Numbered from the stretch's first letter, positions 1 to 10,279 are shown. The stretch is 64,000 bases of DNA from a bacterium (GCA_021833245.1 JAKBGA010000001.1:7466-71465), one strand, 5' to 3'. Made by a program: numbers and translations. Notes: generated by a model from the sequence alone, not told the origin.

Positions 1-588
1 GGACATCTAATCCTTTATCTCTTTTACGTCTGGGCGCCACTGTATATTCCTATATATCTTCATAACGTACTTGGCATCCCATGGTCCAACCTCGGCTGGA
101 CATTCTCGGTCATGCTTATTCCCTACGTTCTCATTGAGTACCCTGCTGGATGGATTGCCGATCGAATCCTCGGTGATAAGGAGCTTATGATTACCGGCTT
201 CTTGATTGCAGGTATGGCGCTCGCGTCGGTCAGCCTACTTACTTCTACCTCACCAATATTCCTCATTCTTTGTATTCTTATCAGCTCTCGCATTGGTGCC
301 GCACTTATTGAAAGTATGAATGAGGGACACTTCTTTCGCCGCGTTACAGAACGAGACATAAATTCGGTAAATATATTTCGCGGTGTTTGGCCACTCGCCG
401 ATACTATCGGACCAATCATCGGCAGCCTCATTCTTCTGTTTGGTAATTATCAGATACTTTTCGCTGTCACGGGTGGATTTGTTGGCATCACGGGCGTAGT
501 CGTAACCTTATTAATAAAAGATTTTAATCCGCCAATGCGTAGCATCCGTCAACTTTCTTCACGAGTCCTTCTGTCAGAAGGGCCCTAA
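1..588 (+). CDS. MFS transporter, C-terminal part (5' end outside window)
   Basis: Frame open from base 1; multiple TM helices; MFS motif-A-like GWIADRILGDK. Confidence 0.8.
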   Translation, partial: GHLILYLFYVWAPLYIPIYLHNVLGIPWSNLGWTFSVMLIPYVLIEYPAGWIADRILGDKELMITGFLIAGMALASVSLLTSTSPIFLILCILISSRIGAALIESMNEGHFFRRVTERDINSVNIFRGVWPLADTIGPIIGSLILLFGNYQILFAVTGGFVGITGVVVTLLIKDFNPPMRSIRQLSSRVLLSEGP

Positions 589-1345
589 GTGCTGTGCGCA
601 GTTGCGCACGACGTGAAACTTTGAGCAATCCCATAAGACGTGCGTGCGAAGCGACTCCCTGGACCAGTTCACGCAAGAGAACACCTCTTGCTTCGCGGAG
701 AGATCCGAAAAATTTCGACTGCTTTACATATTTCTCACTCCGCGCGTTAAGCGATATACCGGAACGTTTCAAGTACGCGCCATAATCCATAAGCGCACTG
801 TGCCACTCGCGTGATCTTCCTTTGGGAAGCACTTTTTTCAGTACCTCGGACACCTCGATGTCTTTGACGTCTGAACGTTTTGAAAAAAAGTGATGGAAAA
901 TAACGGTGCGAATATTCGTTTCGATAACCACAACATCCTTGTTATAAGCAAACGCCGCAACGGCGCGAGCAGTGTACGGCCCGACACCGGGAAGTGATTC
1001 TAGTTCGATGGTACTCTTAGGGAGTCTCCCGTTGTACCGTGTGAGAATATCCCTCGCTGCTGCTTGCAGCATCTTCGCCCGGCGATTGTAGCCGAGTCCT
1101 TGCCACATCCTCAGGACTTCAGACAGTGGCGCGTCAGCAAGCTCGCGTGGCGTAGGAAATTTCTGTATAAATTTTATATAGAATGACATAACCCGTTCGA
1201 CTTGCGTCTGTTGTAGCATCACTTCCGAAATGAGTATGCGATACGGATCACGAGTGCGCCGCCACGGTAGACCATGTCGTCCATATTCTCGATAATAACG
1301 CCACACCAGTGGTCTAAATTTTGCGATTGTTATGTCATTAGCCAT
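524..1345 (-). CDS. mutY: A/G-specific adenine glycosylase (MutY-like; no Fe-S motif or NUDIX-like domain)
   Basis: LPWR, PYRILISEVMLQQTQV, WQGLGYNRRA, HhH LPGVGPYTA; start trimmed to MANDIT. Confidence 0.9.
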   Translation of the reverse strand: MANDITIAKFRPLVWRYYREYGRHGLPWRRTRDPYRILISEVMLQQTQVERVMSFYIKFIQKFPTPRELADAPLSEVLRMWQGLGYNRRAKMLQAAARDILTRYNGRLPKSTIELESLPGVGPYTARAVAAFAYNKDVVVIETNIRTVIFHHFFSKRSDVKDIEVSEVLKKVLPKGRSREWHSALMDYGAYLKRSGISLNARSEKYVKQSKFFGSLREARGVLLRELVQGVASHARLMGLLKVSRRAQLRTALRALLTEGLVKKVDGCYALAD

Positions 1346-1355
1346 AAACAGAAAA

Positions 1356-2015
1356 CTATCTCGACTTCGGCCAACGAAGCGCGGCAGGCGGCCAAAGTTT
1401 AGTGAGTGGGTGCACCTTGCAGTTGTGTGGACGAGCTGGACAGATATAGCGACCGTACAGGACAAGACCGTTATTTACATATTTCCAATCCTTCTTCGGG
1501 ATAAGCGCTTCTAGATCTTTCGAAATTTTTGTTGGATCATTTGCACTAGTGAGATCAAAGCGTTTGGCGAAACGTTTGACGTGTGTATCAGTCGCGATGC
1601 CATCCCAAGTATCGTAGAGTTCGCCGAGAATGACGTGCGCTGTCTTATACCCCACGCCTGGTAATTGCATAAGATCAGTTTCTGTGCGTGGCACAACTCC
1701 ACCGTATTGTGTTTCTATTACCTTTGCCGCACCGATAATCGCCCTTGCCTTATTGCGAAAAAATGGAATTGAGGAAATCTCTTTTGTAAAAATCATTGGA
1801 TTTGCTTTCAAAAAATCATTAAGTAATGTGTACTTTTTAAAGAGCGTTGCCGTAAGTTTATTTACTGCTTTATCAGTACATTGTGCCGAAAGAATAACTG
1901 CAACGACGAACTGGAATGGCGTCATATATGTGAGTTCACTTTTAGGTGCCTGGTATGTTCTTTTTAAATAAGCAACGATTTTCTTTGCTCGAATTGCACG
2001 GCCAACGCGACTCAT
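1356..2015 (-). CDS. nth: Endonuclease III (HhH-GPD glycosylase/AP lyase)
   Basis: PFQFVVAVILSAQCTDKAVN, LPGVGYKTA, IATDTHV; start trimmed to MSRVG. Confidence 0.9.
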   Translation of the reverse strand: MSRVGRAIRAKKIVAYLKRTYQAPKSELTYMTPFQFVVAVILSAQCTDKAVNKLTATLFKKYTLLNDFLKANPMIFTKEISSIPFFRNKARAIIGAAKVIETQYGGVVPRTETDLMQLPGVGYKTAHVILGELYDTWDGIATDTHVKRFAKRFDLTSANDPTKISKDLEALIPKKDWKYVNNGLVLYGRYICPARPHNCKVHPLTKLWPPAALRWPKSR

Positions 2016-3175
2016 GATATTTGTGATACCTCTTTGTGGGGGAAGGCGAAGTAGAAAAATATTTGCAAAAGCGTACCTGCTGAAAAAGCAGTAAGAATGA
2101 ACGCCGCAAGAAGCCCAATCACTGGCACAAGCGCAATGAGTGAAAGTATGAACATACCGAGCATGCCATCCTGCCAAAGTATCGTTTCTCGTCGCATGTA
2201 ACGACGCGCGAAAGCGCCACCGAGTAGAATTCCAGCATACAAAAATGCGAGGAACACAAGAAATATATATGCAATGAACAGCAGCAAAGCTAGACCAATA
2301 CCCACAAATGTCAAAGTAAGCATTATGCATAGGATCGGTGTGACGGCAAATACCGCAAAACCAAGAAGTGTGGCTAGTAACATGTCACGTAATCGACCCG
2401 TATATACACGATCGACCACCATTTCCGCAAGCTTCGGGAAAAGACCTGCAAGGAGACCGGCGAGGAGAAGCGCTCCGAGAATGCGTGCGAAAACGAAAAA
2501 TCCTACACTCACTAACGCAAGAATTCGTGATGTACCAACATCAGGAAGATACGAAGCGTTCGTGTATTTGATACCACCAGCTATCATTACGGATTTTGGT
2601 ATATTAGCCAGCTCAGGTGCTTCGTATGAGAAGGTTCCCTGTATTGTGGTACCCGCTGCAAGTGCGACACGACCACTTGCAGATACATTTACGTTACCTG
2701 AGAAATTCCCTGAAAGAAAAACGTTGTTGCCATAAATAATGACTGGACCTGAGGCGCCATTTGTTAAATCAGTATTTGCAGCAACGATGAATACACTTCC
2801 GCTCGCACGGCCCGCATCATGTACCGCATAACCAAAGGCAACAATATCGCCCTGGACTGGCTTATCGATGGTGATACTTCCTCCGGCAGCTCTAAAACTA
2901 CCGCCTACGGGAGCACGTGAGTATATCGAGCCACCAATAAGAAGATCATCACCCGTGACTGATGCCGCGGTGGTAATAGAGCCACCCGCAGCTGAGAAAT
3001 CTCCGGTAACTGGTGCGACGAGTACTACAGAAGCACCAGCGACATATGCATTCCCTGGTGACGGAGTCGTCGTAAGGAGTGACTGTCCAATTGAAAAAGT
3101 TGCGGGCGGATGCGCCGCAAGTACACTCATCGGAAAAGTGAGAAATATGAGTGCAGCGAAGAGTGTGCGGCACAT
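2012..3175 (-). CDS. Exported beta-helix-like repeat protein with C-terminal multi-TM domain
   Basis: Signal peptide, GD/AGG-I beta-repeats, 4-5 C-terminal TM helices. Confidence 0.65.
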   Translation of the reverse strand: MCRTLFAALIFLTFPMSVLAAHPPATFSIGQSLLTTTPSPGNAYVAGASVVLVAPVTGDFSAAGGSITTAASVTGDDLLIGGSIYSRAPVGGSFRAAGGSITIDKPVQGDIVAFGYAVHDAGRASGSVFIVAANTDLTNGASGPVIIYGNNVFLSGNFSGNVNVSASGRVALAAGTTIQGTFSYEAPELANIPKSVMIAGGIKYTNASYLPDVGTSRILALVSVGFFVFARILGALLLAGLLAGLFPKLAEMVVDRVYTGRLRDMLLATLLGFAVFAVTPILCIMLTLTFVGIGLALLLFIAYIFLVFLAFLYAGILLGGAFARRYMRRETILWQDGMLGMFILSLIALVPVIGLLAAFILTAFSAGTLLQIFFYFAFPHKEVSQIS

Positions 3176-3184
3176 GCCGATTTA

Positions 3185-3691
3185 CTATGCCGTAGGCGGC
3201 ATCGAAAAGTGTGGCGGAGACTGCTGAGACGGTGTACCTATAGTGGGTGATGCGAGGTCCCTTTGCTTCTTAAAAGGCTCAATTAAACTTGCGAGAATGA
3301 GAATAAGAATTGTGATGAAAGCTGACGCAAGACAGTATATGCAGAATGCGCGAATGAGAAATATCTGAATAAGGGTGAAATAAAGTGATGCAAAAACTCC
3401 AATAAAGGACATGACTTGAAGTATGCGTCGTAAGAGTTTGTCAAAGATGACGATCTCAAGAGCAGCGAGAACAAAAATGATGCTATAAAATAAAACTCCG
3501 AATTCAGAGAGTGGTATACCGAGGAAATGTGAATACGGGCTTGTTGCAACAACATTGCATCCATTCAAATTTTGGATATTACTACATAGAAGCGGCGTGC
3601 CATTTACTTCGTGTTGGGTAATATACATAGAGTCCACAAGCCCAAAAAAGGATAGGAGTAAGATACCTATGACACTTGCACGTTTCATCAT
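3185..3691 (-). CDS. Vitamin K epoxide reductase (VKOR) family protein
   Basis: Loop cysteines (LLC..GCNVVATSPYS), GIPLS, active-site CIYC. Confidence 0.88.
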   Translation of the reverse strand: MMKRASVIGILLLSFFGLVDSMYITQHEVNGTPLLCSNIQNLNGCNVVATSPYSHFLGIPLSEFGVLFYSIIFVLAALEIVIFDKLLRRILQVMSFIGVFASLYFTLIQIFLIRAFCIYCLASAFITILILILASLIEPFKKQRDLASPTIGTPSQQSPPHFSMPPTA

Positions 3692-3767
3692 ATTATCTAG
3701 AATACACGTCTTCCACCTGTGCGCAAACAGGTTCCCCTACGGAAATCTGTTAAAATAAAGGATCCGC

Positions 3768-4349
3768 ATGTTCCAATTTCTCTTCCACCTTATTGATGGT
3801 TCGATTAGTAGCACGGCGCTCCTTTCACTTGCTATCATCTTCTGCACCTTCATCCTGGAAGATCCGACAACAGTTGTCGTTGGGTTGCTCGCGGCTAGTC
3901 ATAGTATCGGGGTTCCCATCGCTCTTTTCTCACTCTACGCAGGCATTGTATTTGGTGACATTGGTTTTTACCTTCTCGGTTGGCTCGCAAGCACTTCATC
4001 TCGTCTTAAACGTTATATTGATCATGATTTGCTCGCCCCTTTCCGCGCTTGGCTCGAAACTCGTTATGTACTTACTATATTTATGGCTCGATTCATACCG
4101 GGCTTACGGCTTCCAACTTATACAGCAAGTGGGTTCTTTCGATCACCACTCTCAACCTTTGTGGTAACGGCAATTGCCGCAACGTCAATCTGGACGACAC
4201 TCCTCTTTTCCGCCTCTTATTGGTTCGGTGATTTTACGTCCCATTGGATCAGCCCCGTACGCTGGGGAATCGCATGTGTCTTTCTCCTCACACTCTTCCT
4301 TATTGCCCGGCATAATCTCGCAGCATATCGAGCGAAAAAAGCGTCTTGA
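3768..4349 (+). CDS. DedA/VTT-domain membrane protein
   Basis: GIVFGD..FYLLG and ARFIPGLR motifs. Confidence 0.85.
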   Translation: MFQFLFHLIDGSISSTALLSLAIIFCTFILEDPTTVVVGLLAASHSIGVPIALFSLYAGIVFGDIGFYLLGWLASTSSRLKRYIDHDLLAPFRAWLETRYVLTIFMARFIPGLRLPTYTASGFFRSPLSTFVVTAIAATSIWTTLLFSASYWFGDFTSHWISPVRWGIACVFLLTLFLIARHNLAAYRAKKAS

Positions 4350-4443
4350 GTACCGATGCGGATATCCGCACACAATCTAACCACTAACGAAAGTGGATCA
4401 AAAAGGTCTGGAATTTATTATTCGCTTATATTCCGTCGCATTA

Positions 4444-4983
4444 TTATGACGCACGGTCAAAAAGAATCCCGAGTGCCTTCACGAGTAACTCCTTAGTAGA
4501 TTCGTTATTGATATTTCCATCTGCGTCAAAAATTTCCTGTGCCGGTCCGAGATAAAGTTCCGGCTGGCCGATAACATCAGCATTAAGATGAAGCATGATT
4601 TGTCGCAAGTGACTCTGTGCAACAGCAGTACCAATCTTTCCAAGTGAGACACCTGCGATCAAAATCGGCTTCCCTACGAAAGAATTTTCTCCATATGGAC
4701 GACTGATCCAGTCGATCGCATTCTTCAATACACCGGGAATAGAACGATTATATTCCGGTGTTGCCATAATAATGCCATCGGCAGCTTCAATTTTTTCTTT
4801 GAGTGCTCGCGCTTCTTTAGGGAATGCGGTTTCGGTATCCTGACTATAGAGAGGAAGATTACCGATTTCTACAATTTCGATTTGCATGTCTGATGGCGCG
4901 AGTAGCTGCAAAGCACTCAGTAACACAGTATTGAGCGACTCTTTTCTTAAACTTCCTGAAATTGCTATAACATTCATGATCAT
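4444..4983 (-). CDS. NAD(P)H-dependent FMN reductase (ChrR-like)
   Basis: ISGSLRKESLN, TPEYNRSIPGVLKNAIDWISR. Confidence 0.9.
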   Translation of the reverse strand: MIMNVIAISGSLRKESLNTVLLSALQLLAPSDMQIEIVEIGNLPLYSQDTETAFPKEARALKEKIEAADGIIMATPEYNRSIPGVLKNAIDWISRPYGENSFVGKPILIAGVSLGKIGTAVAQSHLRQIMLHLNADVIGQPELYLGPAQEIFDADGNINNESTKELLVKALGILFDRAS

Positions 4984-5249
4984 AAAATTATGTGTACTGA
5001 TATAGAGTACGCCATCAACACTGGGAACACTGTGTGGATAACTATAACGTCACATTACTATATGCTCCTCGCTATTCGTTAATCCACCACATAGTGATTA
5101 TATGGCTGCCAAACAGATAATGCTATATAAAACAAACTCGCTGTAATTTATCGATTCTTAATCAAAACCATGTCTGGGGTACAAAATATCTCTCTTCAAG
5201 ATAAACATGCGTGCAATCTTTTTTTGTGCTATTATTGTATAAATTTCCA

Positions 5250-5816
5250 GTGGCTACCGACCGACTTCATATAAATAAAGAGATCCGCGCGCAAGAATTG
5301 CGTGTTATTGGTGCGAATGGTGAAAATCTTGGAGTACTTCCGCTTGCGGCGGCGCTTGCGGCGGCAAAAACGGCTGAACTTGACCTTATTGAAATTTCGC
5401 CCTTGGTCGTTCCGCCCATTGCGAAGATCATGGATTATGGTAAATTTGAATACGAGCGGAGCAAGAAGGAAAAGGCGACGAGGGCTAAGGTAAAAATATC
5501 AGAGACCAAGGAGATCCAGATTAAGGTGGGTACTGGTGATAATGATATGGCACTTAAGGCAAAAAAAGCCGCTGAATGGCTCGCCGAAGGTCATCGAGTA
5601 CGAGCCGAACTTTTCCTTAAGGGTCGCTATAAAGGTATGAATGAGGAATTTCTAAAAGCCCGCCTTGAGAAGTTTCTCTTGCGTGTTCCTTATGCCTATA
5701 AGATGGCTGAACCTATAACGAAGAGCATAAAGGGATTCGCTGGCGTTATAGAACGTGACCTTGCGACACAACAAAAACGAAATAAGGAATTGAAACAAAA
5801 AAATGAAAACCAATAA
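5250..5816 (+). CDS. infC: Translation initiation factor IF-3
   Basis: INKEIRAQELRVI, LDLIEI, PPIAKIMDYGKF; GTG start at 5250 is inferred. Confidence 0.93.
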   Translation: MATDRLHINKEIRAQELRVIGANGENLGVLPLAAALAAAKTAELDLIEISPLVVPPIAKIMDYGKFEYERSKKEKATRAKVKISETKEIQIKVGTGDNDMALKAKKAAEWLAEGHRVRAELFLKGRYKGMNEEFLKARLEKFLLRVPYAYKMAEPITKSIKGFAGVIERDLATQQKRNKELKQKNENQ

Positions 5817-5988
5817 ATCATATTCAAAACGAATTCGTGTCACACGCCAAGGGAAACTTGTAGTGCGCCGGCCTGGACAAAATCATTTTAATGCGAAACA
5901 GAGCGGCTCTGAACGTTCACAGAAGCGCCGTCCCATCACGATAAACTTGACCGCAAGAGTTCGTCGCCGTTTTCTTCCAGGTTCCTAA
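5803..5988 (+). CDS. rpmI: 50S ribosomal protein L35
   Basis: MKTNKSYSKRIRVT..GK; lies between infC and rplT. Confidence 0.9.
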   Translation: MKTNKSYSKRIRVTRQGKLVVRRPGQNHFNAKQSGSERSQKRRPITINLTARVRRRFLPGS

Positions 5989-6011
5989 TTAACTAACTTT
6001 AAAATTATTTT

Positions 6012-6359
6012 ATGACAAGAGTCAAGGGTGGAATCATGGCGCAAAAGCGTCGTAAGAATGTCCTCGAGAGAGCCAAAGGATATCGTGGCATTCGTTCTAA
6101 AAAGGAGCGTTATGCGCATGAGGCGCTTATGCGTGCGGGTCGATATGCATTTGCACATCGCCGTGATAAGAAAACAGATTTTCGTCAGCTCTGGATTGTT
6201 CGCCTGAATGCCGCCGTCCGTGCAAATGGCCATGCTTCTTACAGTACATTCATTGCGAAGTTGAAAAAAAATGGGTTCCAACTCGATCGTAAAGTCCTTG
6301 CACAATTCGCTTCTGAGCACCCTGAGATTTTCTCCCGCATCGCAAAAAAAATCGTTTAA
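6012..6359 (+). CDS. rplT: 50S ribosomal protein L20
   Basis: MTRVKGG, AKGYRG, FRQLWIVRLNAA, LDRKVLA. Confidence 0.97.
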   Translation: MTRVKGGIMAQKRRKNVLERAKGYRGIRSKKERYAHEALMRAGRYAFAHRRDKKTDFRQLWIVRLNAAVRANGHASYSTFIAKLKKNGFQLDRKVLAQFASEHPEIFSRIAKKIV

Positions 6360-6509
6360 ATAATTGAAAAACAGCCAGATTATTTCAATCGTCTTGCGGA
6401 TAAGCATATGCAACACGATCTTATAGATCGTCTTTATTTCTAGCTTTAGCTGTTTGGCTAAACGTAGCGTTCGAAATGGATGGAGTGGTATTGCATAAAT
6501 AGTGTGTCA

Positions 6510-7901
6510 CTAGACTCTCTTCGCAGAGTCTTTCGTGATTTCCCATGTCTGATATACCTCAGGAACAATAGCGCGAGCACCGAGATAGTCATGAATGCGC
6601 TGTGCGAGGAAACGCTCGGCCGAGGGTTCACCTAGAGCTGTGAATATCGTTTTGACGCGCTTATCCGTAAGCGACGCTTCCGCGAACTTCAAAAGTTCAT
6701 CGCGATCGGCATGCGCCGACCAGCCTTCGAGTTTTTCAACCTTTGCTTTTATTTTTATCTCGCTGTTCACGAGTCGCACGCTCGATGCGCCTTCCATCAT
6801 GCGCCGCCCAGGCGTCCCGGGTGCTTGGTATCCAACAATGAAGAGTGTTGTGGTTGGATCGTGGAGGTAGCGTGCCTCCCAGTGGCCGATACGACCACCG
6901 TGGCTCATACCCGCACCAGCAATGATCATTTTTGGATTTGGAGTTTCTTCTATCGCTATGGATTCCTCGTGCGAGCGAGTTTGTTTCAAAAACGGAAATT
7001 CAAAAATGCTCCCCTCCCTTTTCATCTCATCCTCGGCTTCAGGTTTGAAGTATTTCAGCCCCCATTTTTCGTATACTTCAGTCACGCGTATTGCAAGTGG
7101 CGAATCGAGAAAGACTGGAATTTTCGGAAGATCTCCTGCCTCAAAAAAATTCGAAAGCTCATAAAGCATGAGCTGTGTGCGTTCGAGCGAGAAGGCGGGG
7201 ATGAGAATCGTACCACCCCTTGTTATCGCTTTCGCTAGCGTGTCCCTAAGAAGTTCAACACGGCGTTGCTGTGCAGGATGCAATCTGTCGCCATACACAC
7301 TCTCCATAACGATTGCGTCGGCGTCGCTCACTGGTTCCCAATCAGGCAAGAGTGGCGAGGGCGAATTGCCAATATCGCCTGTGAGCGCAATGGCGACACC
7401 TGCTTCATCTTTTATCCGCACACTCGCCGAGCCGAGAATGTGACCAGTGTTACGCAGGTAGACCGAGAGTCCTGGGGCAACCTCTTTTTCAACATGATAA
7501 TCGAGCGCCTCGACGAGCGAGAAGGCGCGATCAACGTCTTCTTTTTCATAAAGAGGAGCTCTGCCGTGAGTGTTGGCTTCTTCACTAAGAATACCGACAG
7601 AGTCATACAAAATGAGCTCGGCTAGGTCGCACGTCGGCGGCGTCATATAAATCTTTCCATGAAAGCCGTCCTTCACCAGTTTCGGGATGCGGCCGACGTG
7701 GTCAAGGTGCGCATGAGTAACAACGAGCGCATTGATCGTCTTCACATCATAAGGAAACGGCCCGTAAACGTGCGCTCTGCTGAAATCGGCACCTTGTTCG
7801 ATACCGCAATCAATAAGGACTTTCCCACGATCGCCCTCAATTAAGAAATTGGAACCGGTAACTTTACCCGCACCACCATCAAAACTAAGTCTTAATGCCA
7901 T
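6510..7901 (-). CDS. MBL-fold beta-CASP RNA-processing hydrolase
   Basis: VTGSNFL, THAHLDHVG, GHILGSA, ESVYGDR, SAHAD. Confidence 0.9.
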   Translation of the reverse strand: MALRLSFDGGAGKVTGSNFLIEGDRGKVLIDCGIEQGADFSRAHVYGPFPYDVKTINALVVTHAHLDHVGRIPKLVKDGFHGKIYMTPPTCDLAELILYDSVGILSEEANTHGRAPLYEKEDVDRAFSLVEALDYHVEKEVAPGLSVYLRNTGHILGSASVRIKDEAGVAIALTGDIGNSPSPLLPDWEPVSDADAIVMESVYGDRLHPAQQRRVELLRDTLAKAITRGGTILIPAFSLERTQLMLYELSNFFEAGDLPKIPVFLDSPLAIRVTEVYEKWGLKYFKPEAEDEMKREGSIFEFPFLKQTRSHEESIAIEETPNPKMIIAGAGMSHGGRIGHWEARYLHDPTTTLFIVGYQAPGTPGRRMMEGASSVRLVNSEIKIKAKVEKLEGWSAHADRDELLKFAEASLTDKRVKTIFTALGEPSAERFLAQRIHDYLGARAIVPEVYQTWEITKDSAKRV

Positions 7902-7925
7902 GTATGAACTGTAGCACGGCGCATT

Positions 7926-7962
7926 CCGCGAAAATCCCCCTTTAAGAGAGGGATTTTCGCGG
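7926..7962 (-). terminator. Hairpin at the 3' end of 6S RNA
   Basis: ccgcgaaaatccc...gggattttcgcgg inverted repeat. Confidence 0.7.
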
Positions 7963-8102
7963 AGCCATTCCTTATTGCAACTTTAATCTTGCCAGGTGGG
8001 TGCCCGAATAGCAGCTATCGGATCTCCTTACGGAATTCGCCAAGCACGCCTAAATGCAAAGCTCCCAAGAATTAGGCAAGTTGCGTTTTTAAGAACGGCT
8101 CC
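7961..8102 (-). ncRNA. ssrS: 6S RNA (compact, about 142 nt)
   Basis: Closing stem GGAGCCGUUCUUA..GCAACUU / AAGUUGC..UAAGGAAUGGCUCC; 6S-like GGCACCCACCUG motif; TATACT -10 7 nt upstream; terminator downstream. Confidence 0.75.
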
Positions 8103-8177
8103 AACTCCTAGTATACCCTACTTCCACAAGAAGTTGAGGTAACATGACTCAAAAGTCTCGCGGTAAGAGCTTCTGAG

Positions 8178-8783
8178 TCATTCGAGAATTCCTTTCATAT
8201 CAACATCGTATAGCGTAGCTTCGTGCGGCACATGATACCTAATGATTTCTTCAGATTTGAACCAATGCGGAATCTCCTTCTCCGCTTCAGGAACCGTACC
8301 GGACGCATGGATTAAATTACGGATCGCACGAGTATCCGTATCTGCCATCTGATAAGAATCGAGGACGAAATCGCCACGGATAGTGCCGATACTGGCGCTG
8401 CGCGGCTCGGTACTGCCGGTAATCTTGCGTACAAGCTCAACCGCGTGACCGCCCTCCCAGACCATAGCGATGACTGGTCCGCTTGTCATGTACTTCTTCA
8501 AGCTCACAACGACGCTGTCCGCCACCTCGATCGGGTCAGTTGAAGGCGGTTTCTCGCCTTTCTTCACGTAACTTGAAATCGCCTTCTCACCAACACTCTT
8601 TTTCCAATTCGGATCAAGAAGATAGTGCTCTTCGATCATCGCTTCGGTTGGAATAAGCATCTTGAGCGCGACAAGCTTCAGGCCAGTTCGTTCGTAACGC
8701 CTAATAATCTCGCCAATAAGCGCGCGCTGAATGCCGTCCGGTTTCACGATAACGAGCGTTCGTTCAGTTTTAGGGTGTGCCAT
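8178..8783 (-). CDS. ndk: Nucleoside diphosphate kinase
   Basis: ERTLVIVKPDG, GTIRGDF, NLIHAS. Confidence 0.95.
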   Translation of the reverse strand: MAHPKTERTLVIVKPDGIQRALIGEIIRRYERTGLKLVALKMLIPTEAMIEEHYLLDPNWKKSVGEKAISSYVKKGEKPPSTDPIEVADSVVVSLKKYMTSGPVIAMVWEGGHAVELVRKITGSTEPRSASIGTIRGDFVLDSYQMADTDTRAIRNLIHASGTVPEAEKEIPHWFKSEEIIRYHVPHEATLYDVDMKGILE

Positions 8784-8812
8784 AGTTTCAAAAATAAAAT
8801 CGCCTGCGGCGG

Positions 8813-9577
8813 TTATTGGGTTATGATACGCGCTCCTCTTCTTTCAATCAAGATGGTGTGCTCGAAATGTGCGGAACGCGAACCATCTTTTGTACGAAAT
8901 GTGTAACCGTCAGCTGCTAGCGTGATCGCGGCCTTGCCTGCTGTCGAAATAGGTTCGAGAGCAAGTACCATGCCCTCGACAAGCAATTCCCCTTCACCTG
9001 GGCGACCAAAATTTGGAATGAAGGGCTCCTCATGAACAAGATTACCAACGCCATGCCCACCGAGCTCTCTTATGACCTTGAAACCCGCATGTTCAATCTC
9101 CTCCTGGATAGCATATGAGATGTCACCGATGTGTTTCCCAGGATTAGCAGCAGCTATGCCCTTCGCGAGGGCACGCTCGGTTGCGTCAAGAAGTAAAGAA
9201 ACTTCTTGACCTATTTCGCCTACCGGCACGGTGATAGCACTGTCGACGACGATACCATTGTGAGTAAGACCGAGATCAAGTCCAACGATATCACCCTTCT
9301 TCAATACCTTCACCGATTCATTCGGGATACCATGCACAACTTCATCATTTATAGAAACACAGAGCGTTGCGGGATATGGCCGTGAGGCACCTTCAGGTGT
9401 ATAGCCAAGGAAGCACGGCTCGTCACCTTTTGCGCGAATGAGCTCTTCCGCCAGATCGTCGAGTTCTTCAGCAGTGACATTGGGCACCACTTTCGCCTTA
9501 AGCGCACGGAGTACGACTGCGAGACGCTTCCCCGCTTCGATAAGATTTGCCCGCTCAGTATTGTTCGTAATTATCAT
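8813..9577 (-). CDS. map: Methionine aminopeptidase type I
   Basis: CVSINDEVVHGIP, GHGVG..HEEP, SAHFEHTI. Confidence 0.96.
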   Translation of the reverse strand: MIITNNTERANLIEAGKRLAVVLRALKAKVVPNVTAEELDDLAEELIRAKGDEPCFLGYTPEGASRPYPATLCVSINDEVVHGIPNESVKVLKKGDIVGLDLGLTHNGIVVDSAITVPVGEIGQEVSLLLDATERALAKGIAAANPGKHIGDISYAIQEEIEHAGFKVIRELGGHGVGNLVHEEPFIPNFGRPGEGELLVEGMVLALEPISTAGKAAITLAADGYTFRTKDGSRSAHFEHTILIERRGARIITQ

Positions 9578-10140
9578 TGGATATCGAGTGCTGCATTAAT
9601 TTCGGCAGCGATTTTTTCAGGTGACGGCTCGCCGTCCAACTCGATAATATCGCCACCCATACGAAACATTCTGATAACCGACTCGGTATGAGCATAATAT
9701 TCTTTCAAACGTTCGCTAACTACATTGTCATCGGCACGATCTTCGATTTCTTTGCGGAGAGCAAGGCGACGATGAATTTCTTTATCGGACACGCGCAGAT
9801 AAATGACTGAGAACAGCCGCTCGAGCCATACGAGAGATTCCTTAATAAGTTCTGCTTCGTGCAACTTACGGTTGAATCCGTCAAAGATGATGCTTGCGCC
9901 CTCGGGAAGTGCAAAAATGTCTTTCAAAAAAAGATAGGTTGGGAGCCACGATGGCATGAGAAGCCCGGCATCCATCTGGTGTTTCATCTTCCGCCCTACA
10001 GATGTGTCGAGCGCCGCCATCGCCCGGAGCGTGTCACCAGCTGACATGACTTTCCAACCAGTTTTATCCGCAAGAAACTTTGCCTGAGTCCCTTTCCCAC
10101 ATCCAGGTTTTCCAATGAAGAATATCGTTTTTGTTTCCAC
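9574..10140 (-). CDS. adk: Adenylate kinase family (short, no LID domain)
   Basis: GKPGCGKGTQA, DGFNR, RADD; lies between secY and map. Confidence 0.88.
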   Translation of the reverse strand: METKTIFFIGKPGCGKGTQAKFLADKTGWKVMSAGDTLRAMAALDTSVGRKMKHQMDAGLLMPSWLPTYLFLKDIFALPEGASIIFDGFNRKLHEAELIKESLVWLERLFSVIYLRVSDKEIHRRLALRKEIEDRADDNVVSERLKEYYAHTESVIRMFRMGGDIIELDGEPSPEKIAAEINAALDIQ

Positions 10141-10279
10141 GAATTATACTTTAGCATTCTTCTGTAGAAGGTGGTAAGTACTGTGTCAAAGCGGTGTTGC
10201 ACCCGTTATTGATGCTGTACCGTTTATAAGTATTTGAAAAGTTGAGGTATGTGAATTAAGAACGGTTTTCGATTTGACT

